From: Nitrospinales bacterium
GTDB lineage: Bacteria; Nitrospinota; Nitrospinia; Nitrospinales; VA-1
DNA length: 64,000 nt
Reading direction: 5' to 3'
Assembly: GCA_965223795.1 (NCBI GenBank)
Contig: CBDCXL010000001.1
Span: forward strand, 96,001 to 160,000
Made by a program: the position numbers and the translations under genes. The notes beneath the pieces were generated by a model that ran no database searches, was not told the DNA's origin, and worked only from the letters and a program-made list of their open reading frames with translations. Positions 9,003-18,907 of the stretch are shown here, piece after piece. Every line of letters starts with the position of its first letter. Within the stretch, counting starts at the first letter, position 1.

Positions 9003-10034
9003 TCAGGCGGGTTGCTGCTGGGTGATGCAGTGGATGCCGCCGAGCCCGACGACCAGGTTCGTGCAATCGATGGGGACCACCTCCCTTCCGGGAAAGCATT
9101 CGGCCAGGACGGAGTGGGCTTTGCGGTCGTTGGCGTGGCCGTACACGGGCAAGAGCACCGCGGCGTTGCCGATGTAGAAATTGGCGTAGCTTGCGGGCAG
9201 GCGGCCCCCCGATGATTCCACCCGTCCCGGCATGGGCAGCGCGCGCAGGGTGAACGGCCTGCCGTCCGGTCCGCTCGCCTGTTCGAGCAGGCGGCGGTTT
9301 TCTTCCAAACCGGCGTGATTGGCGTCGTCCGCAGCGGATTCGTGCGCGTACAGGATGGTGTCCTCGCTGATGAAACGGGCGAGGTTGTCGATGTGGCCGT
9401 CGGTGTCGTCGCCCTCCAGCGTGCCTTCGAGCCAGAGAACCCGTTCCACCCCCAGATAGTCCTTTAAATATTCTTCCATCACGTCCCGGCTGAGGCCGCC
9501 GTTGCGGTTTTCGTTGAGCAGGCAGGAAGCCGTCGTGAGGCAGGTGCCGCGGCCGTTGGTCTCGATGGCGCCGCCTTCCAGCACGATGCCGGGCTCGAAC
9601 GCGGGACATCCGACGTGCCGCACGATGGCGCCGCCGGCCGCATCGTCCCACTGCCAGTCGTATTTGTTCCCCCAGGAATCGAATCCCCAGACATTGGCCG
9701 CGAGCGCGCCGTCTTTACGCACGAGAAAATTGGGGCCGTAGTCGCGGATCCAGGCGTCGTCGGTGCGGATGACGTGCAGGTTGCACTCTGTAATGCCGCG
9801 TTTCTCAAGCAGCGCGGCGGCGCGCTCCTGCGTGGCGGCATCGTTGACCAGGATGTTTACGGTTTCGCCGGGAGCGAGGGCGGCGGCGATGTCGAGACAG
9901 GTCCGCTCGACGGCGGCGAGGGTGCCCGCGCCCGGCCAGGTTTCCGGGTTGTGCGGCCAGGCGAGCCAGGTGGCGGCATGCGGTTCCCATTCGGCGGGCA
10001 TGCGGTAGCCCGCCGCGCGCGGCGTCTCAGTCAT
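9003..10034 (-). CDS. aguA: Agmatine deiminase
   Basis: MPAEWEPH, DAWIRDYGP, LEGGAIE, DDTDGHIDN, ASYANF, GGIHCITQQQP. Confidence 0.95.
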   Translation of the reverse strand: MTETPRAAGYRMPAEWEPHAATWLAWPHNPETWPGAGTLAAVERTCLDIAAALAPGETVNILVNDAATQERAAALLEKRGITECNLHVIRTDDAWIRDYGPNFLVRKDGALAANVWGFDSWGNKYDWQWDDAAGGAIVRHVGCPAFEPGIVLEGGAIETNGRGTCLTTASCLLNENRNGGLSRDVMEEYLKDYLGVERVLWLEGTLEGDDTDGHIDNLARFISEDTILYAHESAADDANHAGLEENRRLLEQASGPDGRPFTLRALPMPGRVESSGGRLPASYANFYIGNAAVLLPVYGHANDRKAHSVLAECFPGREVVPIDCTNLVVGLGGIHCITQQQPA

Positions 10035-10902
10035 TCGGGCCGCGGTAGAGGCGTGAAAGGTCCTGGTAGGCGTCGATCCGGCGGTCACGCAGAAACGGCC
10101 AGCTCTGGCGGGTGGACTCGATCTGACTCAGGTCGCATTGGGCGATGAGGATCTCCGGGTCGTCTTCGCCCGCCTGGGCGATGATTTCACCAAAGGGATC
10201 GCACACGAATGAGCGGCCCCAGAAGCGGATGGCATCCTCTTTACCGACGCGGTTGGCGGCGGCGAGGAACACGCCGTTGGCGATGGCGTGGCCGCGCTGT
10301 ACGGTTTCCCAGGCGGAAGCCTGCCGGTCCTTCTCGGCGGCGTCGAATTCCTGATAACCGATGGCGGTCGGGAAGAACAGGATCTGCGCGCCCGCGAGCG
10401 CGGTGAGGCGCGCCGCCTCGGGGAACCACTGGTCCCAGCAGATGAGCACGCCGATCCTGCCGTAACGCGTATTGAAACTTTGAAAGCCGGTGTCGCCGGG
10501 AGTGAAATAGAATTTCTCGTAAAAGCCCGGATCGTCGGGGATGTGCATCTTGCGGTAATGGCCCGCCAGCGAGCCGTCGGCGTCGAGGACCACGGCGCTG
10601 TTGTGGTAGATGCCCTCGGCGCGCTTTTCGAACAGTGGCGCGACGATGACGATCTGCCTCTCCGCCGCCAGTTTGCTCAGCGCCTCGGTGCTGGGGCCGG
10701 GAATCGTCTCGGCCAGGGAAAAATGCCCGGCGTCCTCGGCCTGGCAGAAATAGCGCGAGCGGAACAACTCCTGTAGGCACACGATCTGCGCGCCGCGGTC
10801 CGCCGCATCCAGGATGGCGCAGACGGCCAGTTCCAGATTTTCTTTTTGATCCATCGAGCAGGCCGACTGCACCAGCCCGATTGTCACGATTGCGTTTGCC
10901 AT
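10027..10902 (-). CDS. aguB: N-carbamoylputrescine amidase (carbon-nitrogen hydrolase)
   Basis: LQELF, YRKMHIPDDPGFYEKFYF, ICWDQWFPE; overlaps aguA start. Confidence 0.92.
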   Translation of the reverse strand: MANAIVTIGLVQSACSMDQKENLELAVCAILDAADRGAQIVCLQELFRSRYFCQAEDAGHFSLAETIPGPSTEALSKLAAERQIVIVAPLFEKRAEGIYHNSAVVLDADGSLAGHYRKMHIPDDPGFYEKFYFTPGDTGFQSFNTRYGRIGVLICWDQWFPEAARLTALAGAQILFFPTAIGYQEFDAAEKDRQASAWETVQRGHAIANGVFLAAANRVGKEDAIRFWGRSFVCDPFGEIIAQAGEDDPEILIAQCDLSQIESTRQSWPFLRDRRIDAYQDLSRLYRGPND

Positions 10903-10927
10903 ACTGTTGGACGCGCTCCCTTCGGGA

Positions 10928-10979
10928 ATGAAAGAATGGAAAAAGTATAGGGGATGTGTTGGCAATGCACAACGGGGAA
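10928..10979 (-). promoter_or_regulatory. Putative sigma70 promoter of aguBA; copy 1 of a duplicated ~52-bp element
   Basis: Minus strand TTGTGC-N17-TATACT (10972-10944); near-identical copy at 12480-12531. Confidence 0.6.
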
Positions 10980-11041
10980 AGCGGCGCGGCGGGGCCGCGC
11001 GGCAATGGGGATGCTTTTCGAATCATGAACCCGAATTCGAG

Positions 11042-12355
11042 TCAGGTTTCCCGAAACCGCTCAAATGCCTTTTCGTTTACGGAAATTCCAAGATCCTCCA
11101 GTCCCTTTTCCGCTTTCGGGGAAAACCTGCCCGTGATCCAGAGTTCCGCTTTCCTCTCGGGGGCCACCCGATTGTTTGCCTGTATGAAATCCCGCGCTGA
11201 ATCCGCTACCGGGCGGGTCCACGATATGTAATCCGCCAGCAACGCCATGACCACCCGGTTGTTCCCGGTGAGGGCAAGTGGGAGGCCGCGCGCCGGACCG
11301 ATCAGGATTTCCTTTATCGGGGCCACCTTTTCGTGGTATTCCGCCAGCATTTCCGCCATGCGCTGAAACAGGAACGCATCCTCGAAGGATTCGGCGGTGT
11401 TTGCCCGGTGAATGAATTTTTCAATGTTCTTTGCGCCTGCGAGTGCGGCCAGCGCCGCCACCAGAATGGTTTCGTGTCGGGGAGAATAATGGGGGTGCTT
11501 AAGAAATGTGTCGATGATGGGTTCCCGCACCTGCATGCGTTCCAGTTTCTCCCGGTTTATGTCCCGCAGGTCTTCCGGTGCGTTGTCACGCAGGATGTGC
11601 GTCATCCGGTCGGCGGTCTTCGTCATCTTCACGACCGGAAAGGGAGTCATCGCCAGGCCCACGGCGAACCCGCCGCTGAAGGAAGCCCAGGAAACGCTGT
11701 TCAGTTCTTTCTGAAGCGTGAGGTTGGTGGAATAAACATCGACGCCGAGCTTATGGGCGATCTTGCGCTTGGCCGCGGAAAAGCCGATCAGTTCCTGGGC
11801 CACGCTGTCTTCCACTTCATTGCGTTCGCCCGAGACCATGGCGCCCACCCGGTTGACATAGCGCCACAATCCCCGGGGCACGCCGGATATCGTGTCAACG
11901 GGCCGGGTGATGAGGTTTTTCGCGAACGAAAGAGGAGCCGTCGCAGCTTTTTTGGCGGCATTCCCGAAAGCGGACGTTTTTTTCATTTTGTTCAATTCTT
12001 TCAATGCCCGGACTTCCTGAACCCGTTTGCGCAGCAGGCCGGTCCCCTGGACATCGGCGATGAAATAATCCGATACCAGGCGGTAGGAATTGGTGAACCC
12101 GAATGTGTCCACCTCGTCCTCGACGCGGTGATGGGGTCCCTGGCGCAGATCAGCGGGCAGGATGTTGCTGGCGGGCAGTACCGGGGGCGATTCATAGCCG
12201 GTCGCATCATCTCCCTGAGGGCGGGAAGCAACCGTGAACACGGAAGGATCCGCCTGGGATTGGGCAGGCGGAGCCGTCGTGCAGGCGGAGGTGTTCAGAA
12301 AAATGATTCCAGCCGTAAATACAATCCATATTGTGGTGATTGACTTTGAGAACAT
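11042..12355 (-). CDS. Uncharacterised lipoprotein
   Basis: Signal peptide with lipobox-like LNTSAC; 437-aa ORF; GAGG RBS. Confidence 0.75.
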   Translation of the reverse strand: MFSKSITTIWIVFTAGIIFLNTSACTTAPPAQSQADPSVFTVASRPQGDDATGYESPPVLPASNILPADLRQGPHHRVEDEVDTFGFTNSYRLVSDYFIADVQGTGLLRKRVQEVRALKELNKMKKTSAFGNAAKKAATAPLSFAKNLITRPVDTISGVPRGLWRYVNRVGAMVSGERNEVEDSVAQELIGFSAAKRKIAHKLGVDVYSTNLTLQKELNSVSWASFSGGFAVGLAMTPFPVVKMTKTADRMTHILRDNAPEDLRDINREKLERMQVREPIIDTFLKHPHYSPRHETILVAALAALAGAKNIEKFIHRANTAESFEDAFLFQRMAEMLAEYHEKVAPIKEILIGPARGLPLALTGNNRVVMALLADYISWTRPVADSARDFIQANNRVAPERKAELWITGRFSPKAEKGLEDLGISVNEKAFERFRET

Positions 12356-12479
12356 TTCATCCTCCTTTGCAGGCAAAATTTCAGAGTCATTCCCGGTTCA
12401 CCCATGCCGCACCGTTTCAGGAACCGGGTTCCGTATTGACTGCCGTTTGCCTGGACGGAAGTGCGATTTTCCGTTGATA

Positions 12480-12531
12480 ATGAATGAATGCCGAAAGTAT
12501 AGGGAATGTGTTTGCAATGCACAATGGAGAA
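12480..12531 (-). promoter_or_regulatory. Putative sigma70 promoter of the lipoprotein gene; copy 2 of the duplicated element
   Basis: Minus strand TTGTGC-N17-TATACT (12524-12496). Confidence 0.6.
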
Positions 12532-12687
12532 CGAGTGGCTCATGCAATCCAAACGCATTGTGTCGCTGCCGCTTTTGTGCTAGAAATAAAAGGTTTTAAT
12601 GGATGCCCGGCTGACGGGTGCGCCGCGCTGGCGCCGTCGGCGGGGCCGTTTTGCGTGTTTTCACTTTTTTCGGGTTCAATTCAAACC

Positions 12688-13059
12688 GTGTGGGTCAAGC
12701 AGGCATTCCGGGATTATTACAAGCCGAAACTGAAGCGGGAGCTGAAACGCGACCCGACGCAGGAGGAAATGGACCGGCGGTTCGAGGAGATCTACAGCCG
12801 GGTCAACTGCACCCTGCTGGCGGGCGTGAACGAGGGCGTCGGCATTTATTTCTACGAGATCGCGAAGTTCACGCTCGATGAGTTCAACACCTTCCGCGAC
12901 CGGCCGGAGGAATACCTGTTCGAACGGTTCGGCGGCGGCAACTACAAATTGAATTTTTACGAAGGCCCTTCCTTTATCGTGTGCGTGAATTTCAAACCGG
13001 AAGGGGAGCCGAAGTGGCACCACCTGCTCCCGGAAAAGGTGCGCCAGACCATGAAGTGA
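12688..13059 (+). CDS. Hypothetical protein (start uncertain)
   Basis: Host-like codon usage from VWVKQAFRD to the stop, directly upstream of mfd. Confidence 0.6.
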   Translation: MWVKQAFRDYYKPKLKRELKRDPTQEEMDRRFEEIYSRVNCTLLAGVNEGVGIYFYEIAKFTLDEFNTFRDRPEEYLFERFGGGNYKLNFYEGPSFIVCVNFKPEGEPKWHHLLPEKVRQTMK

Positions 13060-13135
13060 CCGGCCGCTTCCCCGCGAGGCCGGAATCCGCGGCCTTGTGC
13101 GCGTATTCACCCCGCAACCGTCATTTGCACCGATC

Positions 13136-16100
13136 ATGAATCAGGCTTTGAATCTCACCGGCACGGAAGCCAGCACCTTCGCGGGTGGCGTCGACCGGCT
13201 GTGCGACTGGCTCAAGAACCCGCCCGCCGGGGAGAACTGGCTGCTCAAGGCGGAGGGGCTCTCCGGCGCGGCGCGGGCGCTGTTCCTCGCGCGCCTGCAC
13301 AAGAAAAGCAAAAAACCCGTCCTGGTGCTCACGGCGGACCCAAACAGCGGTGAAACGCTGCTGGGCGACCTCAAGTATTTTTTCCGCTACGAAAAGCTCA
13401 AGGGCGCGCCGCTGTTTTTCCCGACCTGGGAAATCCTGCCCTACGAACCCATCTCACCGCTCAATGAAGTTTCCGGAGAACGGCTGGCGATCCTGCACAA
13501 GCTGATGGAAGGCGCGTGCCCGTTTCTGGTGGTGCCCGTGGAAGCGGCGATGCAGAGCGTGATGCCGCGGGCGGTGCTAAACCGGCACGTGTTTCCGGTG
13601 AAGCGCAAGGACACGCTGGATAGGGAGCTGCTGGAAACGGTGCTGGTGGACAACGGCTACACGCGCGCGCGCCTGGTGGAGGATAGGGGCGAGTTTTCCG
13701 CGCGCGGCGACATCGTCGATTTTTTCCAGCCCTCCGCCGCCAACCCGACGCGCATCGAGTTTTTCGGCGACGAGGTGGAATCGCTGCGCCAGTTCGACAT
13801 CAACTCGCAGGTGTCGGTCGAACCGCTCGAGTCGGTGGAGATCCTGCCGGTGCGCGAGGTCTGCCTGACGCCGGATGACAGAGCGCGGGCGGTCGAGCGC
13901 CTGCTCGAACGCGGGCGCGAACAGGAGGTGGAACCCGGCCGGCTCAAGGAACTCACGGACCGGATCGAAAACCTGGGCGCGTTCGCGGGCATCGAGTCGC
14001 TGGCGCCGTTTTTCTACGACGCCAAGGAAACGCTGTTCGACTATCTTTCGGACGACTTTCTGATGGTCATCGACGAGGAGGAGCAGGTCACGGCGAAATG
14101 CGAGCAGTACCAGGAACTCATCGGCGCTGAATACGAAAACACGCTGGAGCGCGGCGACGTCGCCGCCCGGCCGGAGGCGTTTTTCCTCACTCCGGTGGAG
14201 ATGCAGGAGCGGCTTTCCAGGTTTCACGCCGTCGAGCTCAACGCGCTCAAGCTGTCGGGGCCGGAAGAGGAGGGCGTGGTGCCGTTTCAGGTGAAGTCGA
14301 TCCCGCAGCTGCGCGGCCAGTTCGAACGCTTCGCCGAGCAGGCGCTCAAATGGGACGAAGCGGGCATCCAGCCGGTGATCGTCGCGCCGACGCGCGGGCA
14401 GGTGCGGCGGATGCACCAGCTGCTGGAAGAATACGGCCTCAAGATGGACGTCGACCTGGGCTACATCAGCTCGGGCTTTCAGATCGACGATATGAACCGC
14501 ACCTTCGTCGCGGAAAGCGAGATCTTCGGCCGCACGCACAAACACCGCTACCGCCGCAAACCCAAATCGCAGAGTTTCCAGCGCGGCTTCAAGGACCTCA
14601 AGCCGGGCGACTACCTGGTGCACATCGAGTACGGCATCGGCCGCTACCTCGGCACGAAGGAGCTGAAAACCGGCGTCGGCGGCGGGGAGTTTCTCGAGAT
14701 CCAGTACGCCGACGATGAGAAGCTGTACATCCCGATGGACGGGCTGGGCTACATCCAGCGCTTCGTGGGAGCGGGGGACGCGCCGCCGCCGCTCAGCAAG
14801 ATGGGCAGCGTCGCCTGGAAGAAGCAGAAGAACAAGGCCAAGGAGTCGATCCGCGAAATGGCGGAGGACCTGCTCAAGCTGTACGCCAAGCGCGCCATCA
14901 GCCAGCGCACGGCCTATCCGGGCAACCCGGTGGCGGGGCAGGAGTTCGCCGATTCGTTCGAGTACGAGGAGACCGACGACCAGCTCAAGGCCATCGAGGA
15001 GCTGGAGGAGGACCTGGAAAAGGACAAGCCGATGGACCGGCTGATCTGCGGCGACGTCGGCTACGGCAAGACGGAGGTCGCGATGCGGGCGGCGTTCAAG
15101 GTAGTGTACGAGAAAAAGCAGGTCGCCGTGCTGGTGCCCACCACCATCCTGGCGCAGCAGCATCTCAACACGTTTCAGGAACGCTTCCGCAACTACCCGG
15201 TGGTCATCGAGCAGGTGAGCCGCTTCAAGAGCCCGAAAGAGCAGAAGGAAACGCTGAAGAAGCTGGAAAAAGGGCAGGTGGACATCGTCATCGGCACGCA
15301 CCGGCTGCTGTCGAAGGACGTGAAGTTCGCCGATCTCGGTCTCATCATCATCGACGAGGAACAGCGTTTCGGCGTCAAGCATAAGGAGAAGCTGAAAACG
15401 CTGCGCTCCTCGGTGGACATCCTGACGCTCACGGCGACGCCGATCCCCAGGACGCTGCATTTTTCCCTCATGGGCGTGCGCGATCTCAGCGTGATCGAAA
15501 CGCCGCCCATCGACCGGCTGGCGGTCAAGACGTTCGTGCGCAAGTTCGACGAAAAGGTGGTCCGCGAAGCGATCCTGCGCGAGCTGGACCGCGGCGGGCA
15601 GATATTTTTCGTGCACAATAAAGTCAAGAGCATCTATTCCGTTAAAGAACTGATTCTTTCAATCGTCCCCGAAGTGCGGATCGGCATCGCGCACGGACAG
15701 CTTCCGGAAAAGCAGCTCGAAGACGTGATGAAAAAATTCATGGATCATGAGATCGACCTGCTTTTAGCCACTTCCATCATCGAGTCCGGCCTGGACATCC
15801 CCGCCGCCAACACCATCGTCATCAACCGCGCCGACGCGTTCGGGCTGGCCCAGCTTTATCAATTGCGCGGCCGGGTCGGGCGCTACAAGCACCAGGCCTA
15901 CGCGTATCTTTTGATCCCCGGCATGATGGCGATCAGCACCGAGGCGCGCAAGCGCATCGCCGCGATCGAGGAAATGAGCGAGCTGGGCTCCGGGTTCCAG
16001 CTGGCGGCGCGGGACATGGAGATCCGCGGCATCGGCAACATGCTGGGGCACAAGCAGTCCGGACACATCGCCAGCATCGGATTCGATCTGTATTCCAAGC

Positions 16101-16594
16101 TGATCGAGGAAACGGTCAAGGAAATCAAGGGGGAAAAGAGCGACGCGCCGATCGAGACGGAAATCGACCTGATGATCCGCGGCTTTCTGCCCAAGGATTA
16201 CATCGAGGACCTCAACCAGCGTCTGGAGGTCTACCGGCGGCTGCAGACGATCCACGATCTGCGCGAATGCGACGCCCTGAAGGAGGAATTGTCCGACCGC
16301 TACGGCCCGCTGCCGGAACCGGCGGAAAAACTGCTGGCGCTGTTGAATATCCGGGTGTTGTGTCAGAAACTGCACATCTCCAGGGTGGAAGTCAAAGGCG
16401 GCGAGGCGATTTTCACCATCGAGCCGGGGACGCCCATCGCACCGGCGGATCTGGCCGGTCTGGTGGACGGCAGGCTGGGGTTGGTGTCGGAATTTCAAAT
16501 GAAACTGAAACTGGATCGTCAAGGCTGGAGGAAAGACATTGAAACCGTCAAACACTACCTGTCGGCACTCAACGAGGTGCGCGCGAAAGCCTGA
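13136..16594 (+). CDS. mfd: Transcription-repair coupling factor
   Basis: UvrB-like N-terminus, RID (VHIEYGIGRY), CGDVGYGKTEVA, IIDEEQRFGV, TATPIPRTL, QLRGRVGR, TRCF domain. Confidence 0.97.
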   Translation: MNQALNLTGTEASTFAGGVDRLCDWLKNPPAGENWLLKAEGLSGAARALFLARLHKKSKKPVLVLTADPNSGETLLGDLKYFFRYEKLKGAPLFFPTWEILPYEPISPLNEVSGERLAILHKLMEGACPFLVVPVEAAMQSVMPRAVLNRHVFPVKRKDTLDRELLETVLVDNGYTRARLVEDRGEFSARGDIVDFFQPSAANPTRIEFFGDEVESLRQFDINSQVSVEPLESVEILPVREVCLTPDDRARAVERLLERGREQEVEPGRLKELTDRIENLGAFAGIESLAPFFYDAKETLFDYLSDDFLMVIDEEEQVTAKCEQYQELIGAEYENTLERGDVAARPEAFFLTPVEMQERLSRFHAVELNALKLSGPEEEGVVPFQVKSIPQLRGQFERFAEQALKWDEAGIQPVIVAPTRGQVRRMHQLLEEYGLKMDVDLGYISSGFQIDDMNRTFVAESEIFGRTHKHRYRRKPKSQSFQRGFKDLKPGDYLVHIEYGIGRYLGTKELKTGVGGGEFLEIQYADDEKLYIPMDGLGYIQRFVGAGDAPPPLSKMGSVAWKKQKNKAKESIREMAEDLLKLYAKRAISQRTAYPGNPVAGQEFADSFEYEETDDQLKAIEELEEDLEKDKPMDRLICGDVGYGKTEVAMRAAFKVVYEKKQVAVLVPTTILAQQHLNTFQERFRNYPVVIEQVSRFKSPKEQKETLKKLEKGQVDIVIGTHRLLSKDVKFADLGLIIIDEEQRFGVKHKEKLKTLRSSVDILTLTATPIPRTLHFSLMGVRDLSVIETPPIDRLAVKTFVRKFDEKVVREAILRELDRGGQIFFVHNKVKSIYSVKELILSIVPEVRIGIAHGQLPEKQLEDVMKKFMDHEIDLLLATSIIESGLDIPAANTIVINRADAFGLAQLYQLRGRVGRYKHQAYAYLLIPGMMAISTEARKRIAAIEEMSELGSGFQLAARDMEIRGIGNMLGHKQSGHIASIGFDLYSKLIEETVKEIKGEKSDAPIETEIDLMIRGFLPKDYIEDLNQRLEVYRRLQTIHDLRECDALKEELSDRYGPLPEPAEKLLALLNIRVLCQKLHISRVEVKGGEAIFTIEPGTPIAPADLAGLVDGRLGLVSEFQMKLKLDRQGWRKDIETVKHYLSALNEVRAKA

Positions 16595-16595
16595 T

Positions 16596-17585
16596 TTGAA
16601 AGGCTCAAGCCGTTTTTCACAGGCTCCGGCATGGGTTATACTGGGGTTGTGGGCGCTGCTCCTTGCCGGGCCTTTCGGCTGCACCGGAGGCGGTTCGCCC
16701 GACGGGGTGAAGGACGATGAAGTGATCGCCGTCATCAACGATCAGGAAGTGACGGTGGGAAACGTCCGCCAGGAGATGAAAACGCTGGAAAAACGCTACC
16801 GGGTGGACCACCGGGACGACCTGCGCGACCACGAGTTCCTGCTGCTCAAGACCAAGGCGGTCAATGAGCTGGTGCAGAACGCCCTGTTCCGGCAGGCGGC
16901 GGACGAAGCCGGCGTCTTCGTGTCCGGCGACGAGTTCGAGGAGGCGGTGCAGAAGGCGCAGGACGGCTACCAGCAGGACACCTTCGAGAACTTTCTCGAA
17001 ATCGAGGACATTTCCCGGGAAAACTGGGAGAACCGGTTGAAAAACAACCTGTTGATAAAAAAATTGATTGATCGTATGGTCAATAGTAAAGTATCGGTCA
17101 GCGACGAAGAGATTAAGAAATACTTTGAGGAAAACAAGAAAGAGTTTCACAAAGGCAAACAGATCCGCGCGCTTCACATCATGGTGGAAACCGAGGAAGA
17201 GGCGCTGCGTATTCAGAAGAAGCTGAAATCAAAGGGGGCGGACTTTTCCGAACTGGCCCGCACGCATTCCCTGGCGCCGGAAGCGGTGAGCGGCGGCGAT
17301 CTCGGGTATTTTGAGGAAGGCCACATGCCCGAGGAACTGGAAGACATCTTCAAGCTGAAGGTGAACGAAATCAGCAACGTCATCCGCACCCCGTATGGCA
17401 GCCATATTTTCAAGGTGGTGGATAAAAAAGAAGATCAGCAGATGGGATTCGAGGAGTCGAGCAAGATCATTCATAAAAAACTGATCGCCAAGCGGCGCGA
17501 GAAGGCTTTCCACGACTGGTTCAAAAAACTGAAAGAAAAGGCGAACATTGAGATCAAGCATGAAATCCTGGCCAAAATCAGCTGA
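16596..17585 (+). CDS. PpiC-type peptidyl-prolyl isomerase, SurA/PrsA-like lipoprotein
   Basis: Lipobox PFGC; RALHIMV..FSELARTHS..GGDLGYF..YGSHIFKV; TTG start uncertain. Confidence 0.85.
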   Translation: MKGSSRFSQAPAWVILGLWALLLAGPFGCTGGGSPDGVKDDEVIAVINDQEVTVGNVRQEMKTLEKRYRVDHRDDLRDHEFLLLKTKAVNELVQNALFRQAADEAGVFVSGDEFEEAVQKAQDGYQQDTFENFLEIEDISRENWENRLKNNLLIKKLIDRMVNSKVSVSDEEIKKYFEENKKEFHKGKQIRALHIMVETEEEALRIQKKLKSKGADFSELARTHSLAPEAVSGGDLGYFEEGHMPEELEDIFKLKVNEISNVIRTPYGSHIFKVVDKKEDQQMGFEESSKIIHKKLIAKRREKAFHDWFKKLKEKANIEIKHEILAKIS

Positions 17586-18816
17586 CCGTCTGGCGTTCGT
17601 TCTGGCGCTGTTCGCCCTGTTCGGAATGGTCCGTCCCGTCTCGGCAAAGATCGTCGACCGGGTCATCGCCAAGGTGAACGGAGACATCATCACGTTGAGC
17701 TCCGTCGAGGAGCGGGCGGCGGTCCTCAAGCAGCAGCTCGAGATCACCGGCGAAACGGTGCCGCCGGACAAGGAACTGATCAAAAAGACGCTCGAAAGGA
17801 TCATCGAGGAAAAGCTGCAGCTTCAGGAAGCCAAAAAATCCGGCCTCGAGGTGGACGATGAGGCGGTGCAGAAGGCGCTGGATGAAATCAAGACCAAAAA
17901 CCGCGTCACCGAAGAGCAGCTGGCGCAGATGCTTGAAATCGAGGGGCGGTCCATTGAGCAGTACAAGGACCACATCCGCGACCAGATCCTGGTCTCCAAG
18001 GTCGTCCGTTTTCATATGGGAAGCCAGATCAAGGTCAAGGAAGAGGAGCTCAAGGATTATTACCGCAAGCATCAGAAGGAGTTCTGGGTCCCCAAAAAAC
18101 CGTATGTGCGTCACATCCTGTTCATCACCGAGGACACGTTCACCGAAGAACAGAAGCAGATGAAACGCATCAAGGCGAAATCCGTCCTGAAGCAGATCCA
18201 GGAAGGGGCCGATTTTGAGGAAATGGCGAGGGAGCACTCCGAGGACGTTTCCGCAAGCTCCGGCGGGGATCTGGGACTGGTGGAAAAAGGGACGATGGTT
18301 CCCGAGTTCGAACGGGAAGCGTTCCTGCTGCGACCGGGCGAGGTCAGCAATATCGTGGAATCCCGCTACGGGTTTCACATCATCAAGGTCGAAAAGGTGG
18401 AGCCCGGAGGCACGAAGCCGTATCCGGAAGTGAAGGAAGAGATTAGAAGAAAAATGAGCGTTGAGGTGCAGAAGGACCGTTACGAGGACTGGGTCAACGA
18501 GCTCAAGTCGAACTCGATGATCGAAATCTCGCTGAAGGACGATTCCGATAACAAGGATGCCGAGGCCGTCCACGCCTCCGGTTCCAAATCGCTCAAGATT
18601 CACAATGAAGGGGAGGCGGACGCTTTTTTTGAAGAAGAACAGGAATGGGAAGAAGCTTCGCGCTTCATGCAGAATGAAAGCGCCGGTTCGCAGACAAACG
18701 ACTATTTTGACACTATGGAGAAGCAGTTGAGCCACATCAAGCAATTGCGCCACGAACGAAAAATTTCCGAATCTGAATATCAGAGGCGCAAGCAGCGTCT
18801 GCTGGATCGATTGTGA
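17560..18816 (+). CDS. SurA-like periplasmic chaperone/PPIase
   Basis: IVDRVIAKVNGDIIT SurA N-terminus; HILF..FEEMAREHSED..GGDLG..MVPEFE..YGFHIIKV. Confidence 0.88.
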   Translation: MKSWPKSADRLAFVLALFALFGMVRPVSAKIVDRVIAKVNGDIITLSSVEERAAVLKQQLEITGETVPPDKELIKKTLERIIEEKLQLQEAKKSGLEVDDEAVQKALDEIKTKNRVTEEQLAQMLEIEGRSIEQYKDHIRDQILVSKVVRFHMGSQIKVKEEELKDYYRKHQKEFWVPKKPYVRHILFITEDTFTEEQKQMKRIKAKSVLKQIQEGADFEEMAREHSEDVSASSGGDLGLVEKGTMVPEFEREAFLLRPGEVSNIVESRYGFHIIKVEKVEPGGTKPYPEVKEEIRRKMSVEVQKDRYEDWVNELKSNSMIEISLKDDSDNKDAEAVHASGSKSLKIHNEGEADAFFEEEQEWEEASRFMQNESAGSQTNDYFDTMEKQLSHIKQLRHERKISESEYQRRKQRLLDRL

Positions 18817-18907
18817 TCCGCTGAATTTCCGCCTGCCTCCCCGCGGATTCCCTGCCTTCCAGCCGGACCGGCTGCCCGCATCACGCAACCGGAATGGAAT
18901 CCGAATC

